Assembly (NCBI RefSeq): GCF_018398935.1
Contig: NZ_CP074694.1
Coordinates: 4,530,001 to 4,562,000 of the forward strand
Direction: 5' to 3'
Length of the DNA: 32,000 bases
DNA from: Telmatocola sphagniphila
Lineage (GTDB): Bacteria > Planctomycetota > Planctomycetia > Gemmatales > Gemmataceae
This document shows, piece after piece, positions 15,809 to 23,755 of this stretch. Under the pieces are notes generated by a model that saw only the letters and a list, made by a program, of their open reading frames with translations, was not told the DNA's origin and searched no databases. The position numbers and the translations under genes were made by a program. Position 1 is the stretch's first letter. Each line of letters begins with the position of its first letter.

Positions 15809-16933
15809 TTAAGGAATACCTAACAGTTTGGAGGAGAAGTTCGACACATCGTCGTAACCGTAGCCGGTCGATTGCTGCTGGTAATAGGGGTTGTTGCTCG
15901 GCTGCCAAAGTAAACCACCTGGGCCGAATCCGCCCTTCCCGTTGGTAGGATCTTTAATGGCGTACTGACCATCGGTACCGGCACTGATGATCTGGAAGCC
16001 GTTGGGCTTCACAAATTTGTTAGTTGAATCGACGTAAGGATTAATCGTATTACTGAATGATCCCGAAGGAGTTGAACAGTAAACTCTCAGGCCACCACCC
16101 AAGGAATTTGTGGTCAAGATAGGCAAATAGCCATTGGTTGAAAAATATTTGTTATTACCTGTAGTCAGATCTGCATAATCATTTCCATTACGACTGCCAA
16201 AGTAAGCATAAGGAACGTCATACGCATCCAAGAAACCAGGAAAGTAAGATACCTTTCCTACGTTGGGATCGAATTCATGCGAAATTAGCGCAGGATACGG
16301 AGTACCGGTAGTCCGGTTACTCAACTTGCCGGCCGGAAAATCGAAGTATGGTTTCTTATAGGTAATCGTCGGCTGACCTCCTGCTGCTATAGCAGGATTC
16401 CCAAAAGGATTGGTCGGATCATCCGAAAAACCAAGCCCTGCAGCAGCGAAATTATAATTTCCGCCACCATGCTGAGCATAACCACCCAATAGGAAAACCA
16501 ACACTTGCGAACCACTAATAACTTGATAATTCGCTCCAGATTGCACCGGTAACCCATTTGATCCGTTAGGACTAGGATTCCAGCGAGGGAACATTTTCTT
16601 TAGGAACGATTGACTATCAAGAACCATCTGAGGCATCCACTGAACAGCTGGATTAGGCAAATTCAAAGCAGCTTGATAGGCGGCGCCATAATTCGCCGCA
16701 ATCACCAAATGCGTCGGCGGCGTTAGATTCCCGTAATCGCTCCGGAACTGCCCGATGGCGTTATCCAGATTGGTGATATCGCTCCGGATACGAGCTTCAT
16801 AAGCTTTGGTGGTTGCCGCGGAAATCCCGACGAGCAGCAGGCCGACCAGGATGAAGATAATGCTCATGACCACCAGCATTTCCACAAGGGTAAATGCCTT
16901 ACGAGGGGTCATGGCGTGCGGTCGTGGTTTCAT
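15809..16933 (-). CDS. GspG-like (pseudo)pilin paralogue 1, expanded (374 aa); candidate major subunit
   Basis: ATG 16933 is preceded by AGGAGA with an 8-nt spacer. The listed start at 16939 is a TTG. The signal is MKPRPHAMTPRKA|FTLVEMLVVMSIIFILVGLLLVG with Ala at -1. YEARIRSDITNLDNAIGQFRSDYG is like the GspG alpha1-C region. QIISAGTDGQYAI...GYDDVSNF is like the GspG C-terminal motif. Confidence 0.75.
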   Translation of the reverse strand: MKPRPHAMTPRKAFTLVEMLVVMSIIFILVGLLLVGISAATTKAYEARIRSDITNLDNAIGQFRSDYGNLTPPTHLVIAANYGAAYQAALNLPNPAVQWMPQMVLDSQSFLKKMFPRWNPSPNGSNGLPVQSGANYQVISGSQVLVFLLGGYAQHGGGNYNFAAAGLGFSDDPTNPFGNPAIAAGGQPTITYKKPYFDFPAGKLSNRTTGTPYPALISHEFDPNVGKVSYFPGFLDAYDVPYAYFGSRNGNDYADLTTGNNKYFSTNGYLPILTTNSLGGGLRVYCSTPSGSFSNTINPYVDSTNKFVKPNGFQIISAGTDGQYAIKDPTNGKGGFGPGGLLWQPSNNPYYQQQSTGYGYDDVSNFSSKLLGIP

Positions 16934-17016
16934 GGCCAAAGTCTCCTGCTTGGTGCTCCCGGCGTCTGGCCGGGGAATCGAACGTCGGGCCCGGCCGCGA
17001 CGTTCGCCTCTGGTTG

Positions 17017-18255
17017 CTATTTGCTCAAACCTTCCAGCAGCTTAATCAAAGGTAAGAAGAGCGAGATCACAATCGCCCCGATGATAAAACCTAGCACGAC
17101 AATCATCAACGGTTCGATCAAGCTGATCAAACTTTTCACGGCCGTGTCGACTTCTTCATCGTAGAAGTCGGCAATCTTATAGAGCATGGAGTCGAGGTCG
17201 CCGGTCTCCTCGCCGACCTCCACCATGTTGCAAACCATATCGTCGACGAGCCGGCTTTCCTTCAGGGGTTCGGCAATCGTATCCCCTTCCCGGATCGACT
17301 CGTAAACGCGAGTAAACATTCGCTCGAACACGGCGTTATTGGCCGTGTCGCGGACAATACTCAACGCCTCCAATATCGGCACACCGGAGGCCACGAGGGT
17401 GCCCAGGGTGCGCATTGTCCGCGCTACAATCGTTTTCTCCACGAGGTTCCCGACGACGGGCACCCAGAGCAGCATCCTATCTAAGGCATATGTACCGGCC
17501 CTCGATAGTCGTATGAGTTTTATGAGAAGATAGAGCCCCATGGGGAACATCGGAATCGTCCACCAGTAATCGGCGAACCAGTTCGAGGTATCGATGAGGA
17601 TCTGCGTGGGCGCGGGCAACTTCATGTTGAATTCTTCGAAGATCTTTTTGAACTTCGGAATGATCGAGATCATGATGAACGTCAAGATACCGACGGCGAC
17701 CATGATAACCACGGCCGGGTAAACCATGGCGCCGATGATCTTGCGCTTGAGGCTCTGAGCCTTTTCCTTGAAGTCGGCCAGACGCTGCAAGATGATTTCG
17801 AGGGCACCGCCGGCCTCTCCGGCACGCACCATATTCACATAGAGACGGTCGAAGCAGCGGGGGTGCTTGGCCATGGCTTCGGACAGGGTGCTGCCCGATT
17901 CCACATCGTCCACCACGTCGATGAGGTTATTTTTCAGGGTGCTGGGCTTCATCTGCCGTTCGAGAATTCGCAGGCTGCGGAGCACGGGCAGACCGGCGTC
18001 CTGAAGCGTACTGAACTGGCGGGTGAAGGTACAAAGCATCTTGTTGGAGACGCCGCCGATGGTGAAGGTCTTGCGGGATTTACCCGTCTTCTTTTTCTTC
18101 TTCGTCTTCGTGTTCACGCCCATGGCGGTGAGCTTCGTGACGAAGTAGCCCATCTGCTTGATTTTCTGTTGCGCCTCTTCTTCGTTCAGCGCATCGATTT
18201 CGTCCTTGACTTCGGCACCGGCCGTGTCCAGAGCTTCGAATTTATATGTTGGCAT
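17017..18255 (-). CDS. pilC: Type IV filament platform protein (PilC/GspF family)
   Basis: The product is 412 aa. The N-terminus MPTYKFEALDTAGAEVKDEIDALNEEEAQQKIKQMGYFV is a typical GspF/PilC start. Two T2SSF-type repeats are present (...LSEAMAKHPRCFDRLYVNMVRAGEAGGAL... and ...IAEPLKESRLVDDMVCNMVEVGEETGDL...), along with three hydrophobic segments. RBS GGTGGAG. Confidence 0.9.
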   Translation of the reverse strand: MPTYKFEALDTAGAEVKDEIDALNEEEAQQKIKQMGYFVTKLTAMGVNTKTKKKKKTGKSRKTFTIGGVSNKMLCTFTRQFSTLQDAGLPVLRSLRILERQMKPSTLKNNLIDVVDDVESGSTLSEAMAKHPRCFDRLYVNMVRAGEAGGALEIILQRLADFKEKAQSLKRKIIGAMVYPAVVIMVAVGILTFIMISIIPKFKKIFEEFNMKLPAPTQILIDTSNWFADYWWTIPMFPMGLYLLIKLIRLSRAGTYALDRMLLWVPVVGNLVEKTIVARTMRTLGTLVASGVPILEALSIVRDTANNAVFERMFTRVYESIREGDTIAEPLKESRLVDDMVCNMVEVGEETGDLDSMLYKIADFYDEEVDTAVKSLISLIEPLMIVVLGFIIGAIVISLFLPLIKLLEGLSK

Positions 18256-18412
18256 ACCGTAAACTCCACCCCTGCGAATGGCTTAGCACTGGACGGGAAC
18301 GAGGGAGACAAACAATCTTATCCGCGTGCAAGCGAGTCCACATGTCCAAACGGAACAGAATCCCGTGCGAGCGGGCGGTCCTGTTCCCCCCAATATACGA
18401 TTTATCCGGCAA

Positions 18413-20374
18413 TCAACCTTCGTCTTCGAGCACCGTTTCGCGGACGATTTCTTCCACGTTACTGATGCCGTTGAACAGCATATCGATACCCCGTTCGCGA
18501 AGACCGCGAGCCCCCCGGGCGCGCACGGCGTTTCGTAGAGCATCGGTCGATGCCCCGCGCGAAACCATATCGCGGAGGTCATCGTTCATAATCAACATTT
18601 CATAAATCCCGGTTCGGCCCTTGAACCCGAGATTGTTGCACTTGTCGCAACCTTCCCCAAAGTAGAATTGGCGGCCCTTGAGATCTTCAGCCTTCATATT
18701 CAATTCCATCAGCTGTTCCCGGCTCGGATCGTAGCCGGTTTTACAGAACTGACAGATTTTTCGCACCAGACGCTGAGCCAGAATCGCCTCGACGGTGGCC
18801 GTGATCAAAAACGGCTCCACGCCCATGTCGCGCAGACGGGTGATCGTACTCGGTGAATCATTAGTATGCAAGGTACTGAACACCATGTGTCCAGTGAGGC
18901 TGGCCTGAATGGCAATTTGGGCAGTTTCCAGGTCTCGAATTTCGCCGACGAGGATTCGGTCGGGGTCCTGCCGTAAAATTGCCCGCAGCGCGGAGGCGAA
19001 CGTCAGGTCGATTTCCGCATTAATCGGGCACTGCACGATGCCGTCGATTTCATACTCGACCGGATCTTCGGTCGTGATGATTTTATCGGTTATTTCGTTC
19101 AGCTCGTTTAACGCGGAATAGAGCGTCGTCGTCTTACCGGCCCCGGTCGGCCCGGTCACCAGACAGATGCCGTTGGGCTTGCGGATGACGCTGCGGAAAT
19201 CGGCCAGGATATCTTCGGGCAGACCGATACGATCCAGTTCCAGACCGACCCGGGTACGGTCCAGAACCCGGATGACCACGCTCTCGCCAAACATGGTCGG
19301 CAGAACCGAAACGCGCATGTCGATGGGGTTGCCGCCGATGTTCAATTCGATGCGGCCGTCCTGCGGCAGACGGCGTTCGGCGATATCCAGGTTGGACATA
19401 ACCTTGATACGCGAGGAGATCGCCATTGCCAGGTGGCGCGGCGGCGGCACCATCTCATAGAGCACACCGTCGCAACGATAACGCATCTTGTATTCGTCTT
19501 CGAACGGTTCGAAATGGACGTCCGAGGCGTGGTCGCGAATGGCCATCAGCAGCACCATGTTGATGAGCTTGCGGACGGGGGCCGTATTGGCGATTTCGTC
19601 GATTTCGTCGAGGTCGATCGAGGTTTCGCGCTTGATCTTGTTGAAGCGATCGTCCACTTCGAGACTGTGAATCAGATCGGTGATCGATTCTTCCTTGGTG
19701 CCGCTGTAGGCCTTCTGGATGGCCGCTTCGATCTTCTTGACCGGCGCCAGACAGGCAATCACTGTTGGAATACCGAGGAAGTTCCGCACATCGTCGATGG
19801 CCTGCAGATTGTTCGGATCGGCCAGGACCACCGTCAGCGTGTCGTTATCGAACGAGATGGGCAGCATCTTATAGAGATTGGCCATGGTTTCCTGAACCAT
19901 GCCGAGGGCTTTGGCTTCGGGCTTGGTCTCGTCTAGATTGACGATCCGCATGCCCGATTGCTCGGCCAACGCCTGCAGCAACTGATCTTCGTTGATCAGA
20001 CCGCGTTCGACGGCGATCAGTTCCAGAGGGGAATCGGTGCTGCGGGCCTGTTCGAGCAGATCTTCCATCTGCAGTTCGTCGATGAACCCCAGGTCGACGA
20101 GAATCTGACCCAGCTTGCGGGTGCCCGAGGAGGGGGCGGTCTTTTTCGGGGCCGCTTTACCTTCGGCTTTTTTGACGACGGGCTTGGCCGCCGCCGGTTT
20201 CGCTTCGCCCGCTTTGGCCACAGGTGCCGCACCCGGCTTGGCCACGGGTTTGGCTCCGGGAGCGGCCGGCTTAGCCCCAGGGGCAGCTGTCGGCTTGACC
20301 ATCGGTTTGGGCGCCGTGGGCTTCGTGGGATCGGGCTTCTTTCCGTCGTTCGATTTATTGGAAGGGGTGGTCAT
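18413..20374 (-). CDS. pilB: PilB/GspE-family assembly ATPase (paralogue 2) with a Pro/Ala/Lys-rich N-terminal extension
   Basis: Motifs seen are Walker A GPTGAGKTTT, Walker B ILVGEIRD, His box GHMVFSTLHTND and a tetracysteine CQFCK...CDKCNNLGFKGRTGIYE. A T2SSE_N/MshEN-like domain follows about 85 aa of KPTAPKPMVKPTAAPGAKPAAPGAKPVAKPGAAP. Confidence 0.9.
   Translation of the reverse strand: MTTPSNKSNDGKKPDPTKPTAPKPMVKPTAAPGAKPAAPGAKPVAKPGAAPVAKAGEAKPAAAKPVVKKAEGKAAPKKTAPSSGTRKLGQILVDLGFIDELQMEDLLEQARSTDSPLELIAVERGLINEDQLLQALAEQSGMRIVNLDETKPEAKALGMVQETMANLYKMLPISFDNDTLTVVLADPNNLQAIDDVRNFLGIPTVIACLAPVKKIEAAIQKAYSGTKEESITDLIHSLEVDDRFNKIKRETSIDLDEIDEIANTAPVRKLINMVLLMAIRDHASDVHFEPFEDEYKMRYRCDGVLYEMVPPPRHLAMAISSRIKVMSNLDIAERRLPQDGRIELNIGGNPIDMRVSVLPTMFGESVVIRVLDRTRVGLELDRIGLPEDILADFRSVIRKPNGICLVTGPTGAGKTTTLYSALNELNEITDKIITTEDPVEYEIDGIVQCPINAEIDLTFASALRAILRQDPDRILVGEIRDLETAQIAIQASLTGHMVFSTLHTNDSPSTITRLRDMGVEPFLITATVEAILAQRLVRKICQFCKTGYDPSREQLMELNMKAEDLKGRQFYFGEGCDKCNNLGFKGRTGIYEMLIMNDDLRDMVSRGASTDALRNAVRARGARGLRERGIDMLFNGISNVEEIVRETVLEDEG
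20123..20344 (-). repeat. Low-complexity Pro/Ala/Lys-coding tract (N-terminus of PilB paralogue 2)
   Basis: Degenerate (A/P)(A/G)AKP(V/A) units are visible in translation. The DNA shows reiterated ggctt/ggcc/cggg motifs. Confidence 0.7.
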
Positions 20375-20496
20375 TTTTTCATCTATCCTGTTTCGGCTAC
20401 CCGGTCTTCACCTAGCGAGGGCTATCGTTTTCTGATCATTCCTTTTTTTCGGGGCGAGGTCAGCGCCCCTCAAGTCGAAGCAGCCACGGCGGCTTT

Positions 20497-21699
20497 CTAC
20501 GAGCGGCCGTAGTTCAGTTTCTTCTTGGGAGGCGGTCCGCCCTTGCGGGGCTTGTCATCATCGTCGTCCTCATCGTCCATATCGTCGTCGTCATCCTCAT
20601 CGTCTTCGTACTCGTCGTCTTCCAGAAGGCCCTTCTCGGCGGCGGCGATTTTGGCGGCCAGGTCGGCCGGTTTCTTCGAACGCAGCAGCACTTCTTCCTT
20701 ATCGCAGAGGCCAGTCTTCCAGAGATTGAAGAGACTGTCGTCGAGGAGGAACATCCCGTACTTACGACCGGTCTGGATACTCGAGTCGATTCGATACACT
20801 TTGTTTTCGCGAATCAGGTTCTGGATAGCATCGGTCACCACCATCATTTCGTAGGCGGCGATCACCCCTTCGGGCTTCTTCGGCAGAAGCGCCTGGGACA
20901 ACACCCCCATCAGAGCGGTCGACAGCTGCGTGCGAACCTGATCCTGCTGGTCTTTCGGGAACACGTCGATAATTCGGTTGATCGTCGAAGCGGCCCCGGA
21001 GGTGTGCAGCGTACCGAACACGACGTGGCCGGTTTCGGCGGCTTCGATGGCCGCGTGAATCGTCGCCAAGTCTCGCATTTCACCGACGAGGATGACGTCC
21101 GGATCCATACGCAAGGCCCGGCGAATCCCTTCCTTGAAGTCGGGGACGTCCACCCCGATTTCCCGCTGGTTCACGGTGCACTTTTTGTGCTTGTGGTAGT
21201 ATTCGATCGGGTCTTCGAGGGTGATGATATGTCGGTCGTAGTTGTCGTTGATGAAGTTGGTCATCGACGCCAGCGAAGTGGTCTTTCCCGAACCGGTCGG
21301 CCCGGTGACCAGCAACAGACCGCGCGGCCGGACGATCAGCGATCGAATGGCGTCGGGCATCATCAGCTGTTCGAAGGTGAGGAACTGGCTGGGAATGCGG
21401 CGGAGCACCATGCCGATGGTGCCGCGCTGTTTGAAAATCGCACAGCGGAAGCGGTAGCCGTCGGTGAATTCGATGGCGAAGTCCGATCCCCCTTTTTCCT
21501 GCAGTTCCTGCTGGCAGCGATCGGGCGTGATGGACTTCATCAGCGCGGTCGTATCGTCGTTATCGAGAACTTTGGTTTCCAGCTTGCGCATGCGCCCATT
21601 GTGCCGGACGACGGGAGGCTGTCCGACGGATATGTGCAAGTCGCTGGCTTTGAGCTGGATGACGGTCGCCAGCAATTTATCGATCATTACCGTGGCCAC
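20497..21699 (-). CDS. pilT: PilT retraction ATPase with an atypical acidic C-terminal tail
   Basis: Motifs seen are IDKLLATVIQLKASDLHISVGQPP, Walker A GPTGSGKTTS, ILVGEMRD, GHVVFGTLHT and the PilT-specific AIQNLIRENKVYRIDSSIQTG. The start is either GTG 21699 (AGGAGA, 4-nt spacer) or ATG 21687. About 55 residues extend beyond the canonical PilT end. Confidence 0.92.
   Translation of the reverse strand: MATVMIDKLLATVIQLKASDLHISVGQPPVVRHNGRMRKLETKVLDNDDTTALMKSITPDRCQQELQEKGGSDFAIEFTDGYRFRCAIFKQRGTIGMVLRRIPSQFLTFEQLMMPDAIRSLIVRPRGLLLVTGPTGSGKTTSLASMTNFINDNYDRHIITLEDPIEYYHKHKKCTVNQREIGVDVPDFKEGIRRALRMDPDVILVGEMRDLATIHAAIEAAETGHVVFGTLHTSGAASTINRIIDVFPKDQQDQVRTQLSTALMGVLSQALLPKKPEGVIAAYEMMVVTDAIQNLIRENKVYRIDSSIQTGRKYGMFLLDDSLFNLWKTGLCDKEEVLLRSKKPADLAAKIAAAEKGLLEDDEYEDDEDDDDDMDDEDDDDDKPRKGGPPPKKKLNYGRS
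20554..20622 (-). repeat. GAY/GAR codon run encoding EDDEYEDDEDDDDDMDDEDDDDD
   Basis: A run of gtc/atc/ctc triplets on the plus strand spans 23 codons, 21 of them Asp or Glu. It is followed by a basic KPRKGGPPPKKK tail. Confidence 0.9.
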
Positions 21700-21747
21700 G
21701 GGATCTCCTGAATAACCTCAATGAGCGGGCTTGGCTGACAACTACTG

Positions 21748-23457
21748 CTACTCGTGATCGGAATGGCAGATACTCAAAATTTCTTCGACGGTGGTGACGC
21801 CTCGGAGACACTTCAGCACACCGTCTTCCAGAAGGTTGCGCATCCCGGTTTCGCGAGCGACGCGACGGATTTGCTGGGCAGGGGCCTGTGCGAAGGTCAT
21901 TTCTCGAATCTTCGCGTTCAGGGCCATCATTTCGTAGATACCGGTTCGGCCGCGGAAGCCGCACTGGTTGCAGTTGCTGCAGCCGCGGCCCCGCATGAAG
22001 TTCGCTCCCTTGAGCTGTTCGGGCTTGATCCCGGCCGAGAGAATTTCGGCTTCGGGAGGCACGTAAGCGACCTTGCACTTACTGCAGTTCACGCGGGCCA
22101 GACGCTGGGCCATAATCGCGATCACCGAAGAGGCGATCAAGAACGGCGGCACGCCGATGTCGGCCAGCCGGGTAATGGCCGAGGGGGCATCGTTGGTGTG
22201 CAGCGTGGAGAACACCAAGTGACCCGTCAGTGAAGCCTGCACGGCGATTTCCGCCGTTTCCTTATCGCGAATTTCCCCCACCAGAATGATGTTGGGGGCC
22301 TGTCGCAACATGGCGCGGATAATTCGCTGGAAATCGAGGCCGATGTTGTGCCGGACTTCCACCTGATTAATCCCCGGCAGGTAGTATTCCACCGGGTCTT
22401 CCGCCGTGATGATTTTGCGGTCGGGCCGGTTGAGTTCATTCAACGCGGCATAGAGCGTCGTCGTTTTGCCCGAACCGGTCGGTCCGGTCACCAGAAAGAT
22501 GCCGTTGGGGCGTTTGATGATCTTCTGGAAGCGCAGATAGTCGTCTTCGCCGAAGCCCATATCCCGGATGTTCACCTGGATGTTGCCGCGGTCGAGAATA
22601 CGCATCACGCAGGACTGGCCGTGCACGGTCGGCAAGAAGCTAACGCGAAGGTCGAAGTGCTTGCCCTGAATGGTCGTTTTGATCCGACCGTCCTGGGGCC
22701 GGCGCTTCTCGGCAATGTCGATATTGCCCATAATCTTCAAACGGCTGACCATAGCCGCCTGCAAACGACGGGGGATGGCATCGCGCTCGACGAGAATGCC
22801 GTCGATGCGATAGCGGATTCGGACGCGATCCGCAAACGGCTCGATGTGGATGTCGCTGGCCCGCTGGGCCACCGCTTCCGCGAGCATCATATTGCAGAGC
22901 CGGACCACCGGAGCGTCGGAATCGCCGGCATCGGAGTGAGCCGCCCGGGCCGCTTCGGTCTGGGTGAATTCGATCTGGGTGTCGGTGAATTCGGAAAGCA
23001 TGGAGTCCATCGACTCCGTTTCCGTTTGGCCGTAGTGCCGGTTGATCGATTCGCGAATTTGCTCGTGATCCGCCAGCACCGGGGTGACGTCTTTATTCAG
23101 AATGAAGGTCAGCTTCTGAATGGTATCGTAGTTGGTGGGGTCGGAGGTGATGAGCTTGAGAACGTTTCCTTCGAGTTGCAGTGGCAGAACGACGTTTTCT
23201 CGGGCCACGGATTCCGGTACCAATTCGATGACTGACTTGGCGATTTCCACGCCTTCGAGATCCACGTATTGCAGGCCATGGAATTCGGCCATGGCCGCCA
23301 TGACTTCTTTTTGAGTCAGGTAGTTCGATTTGACCAGTGCTTCCTGGATCTTGGTACCGGTCGAAGAGCTCAGGCGCAGTGCTTCTTCTAACTGATCGGG
23401 GCCAATGAGGCGATTGCGGATGAGAATATCGGTAAAGTCGCCGCGTGCCTTGGCCAT
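21748..23457 (-). CDS. pilB: PilB/GspE-family assembly ATPase (paralogue 1), first gene of the operon
   Basis: The start is reassigned to ATG 23457, preceded by AAGGAGA with a 9-nt spacer, giving 569 aa. Motifs seen are an N-terminal T2SSE_N-like domain, Walker A GPTGSGKTTT, ILVGEIRD, GHLVFSTLHTND and CSKCK...CSNCNQCGFRGRTGIYE. Confidence 0.9.
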   Translation of the reverse strand: MAKARGDFTDILIRNRLIGPDQLEEALRLSSSTGTKIQEALVKSNYLTQKEVMAAMAEFHGLQYVDLEGVEIAKSVIELVPESVARENVVLPLQLEGNVLKLITSDPTNYDTIQKLTFILNKDVTPVLADHEQIRESINRHYGQTETESMDSMLSEFTDTQIEFTQTEAARAAHSDAGDSDAPVVRLCNMMLAEAVAQRASDIHIEPFADRVRIRYRIDGILVERDAIPRRLQAAMVSRLKIMGNIDIAEKRRPQDGRIKTTIQGKHFDLRVSFLPTVHGQSCVMRILDRGNIQVNIRDMGFGEDDYLRFQKIIKRPNGIFLVTGPTGSGKTTTLYAALNELNRPDRKIITAEDPVEYYLPGINQVEVRHNIGLDFQRIIRAMLRQAPNIILVGEIRDKETAEIAVQASLTGHLVFSTLHTNDAPSAITRLADIGVPPFLIASSVIAIMAQRLARVNCSKCKVAYVPPEAEILSAGIKPEQLKGANFMRGRGCSNCNQCGFRGRTGIYEMMALNAKIREMTFAQAPAQQIRRVARETGMRNLLEDGVLKCLRGVTTVEEILSICHSDHE

Positions 23458-23755
23458 AGACAAAAATCTCCTTCGGAGGGCAGATCCCCCGCATTCGGAT
23501 GGCCTTCGGGAAATGCCAATGCCATCCCCATAGCAATCCAATAGATAGGAACCACCCCAGTAGCCCGATTCCCCAGCGCTGCAGTGCTTTATGAATCTTT
23601 TGTCATTTTGAGCAAGTACTGGAGCATATGCAAGTGAAAAGTCGTCGAGTCCAGTTTGGAGATAACCGCTCCTGTTGGACTAATCCGCGCGGCTCCCGAG
23701 GGGAGGCCGGGCGGCCGAAACTGATATGCGGGTTGCGCCGTTTTTGAGCGCGGGA

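Noticed and set aside
15723-15908. The extended 461-aa form of the second GspG-like gene, starting at 15908
   Set aside because: The extra 62 aa would overlap the upstream gene by 100 nt and would place the class III signal far from the N-terminus. ATG 15722 has a GAGGA RBS and gives a normal 12-aa leader.
17863-23235. Plus-strand ORFs of 160-295 aa (17863..18465, 19433..19936, 19958..20512, 21004..21711, 21754..22233, 22348..23235)
   Set aside because: All are antisense shadows of the PilC, PilB and PilT genes, whose Walker and His-box motifs fix the true frame. Their translations are low-complexity and rich in Arg, Gly, Asp and His.
23458-23541. Extended starts for the first ATPase (23541) and for the VOC gene (24340)
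   Set aside because: The internal ATGs at 23457 and 24289 have strong Shine-Dalgarno sequences at proper spacing and give N-termini matching the family. The extensions are Arg/Gly-rich and unsupported.
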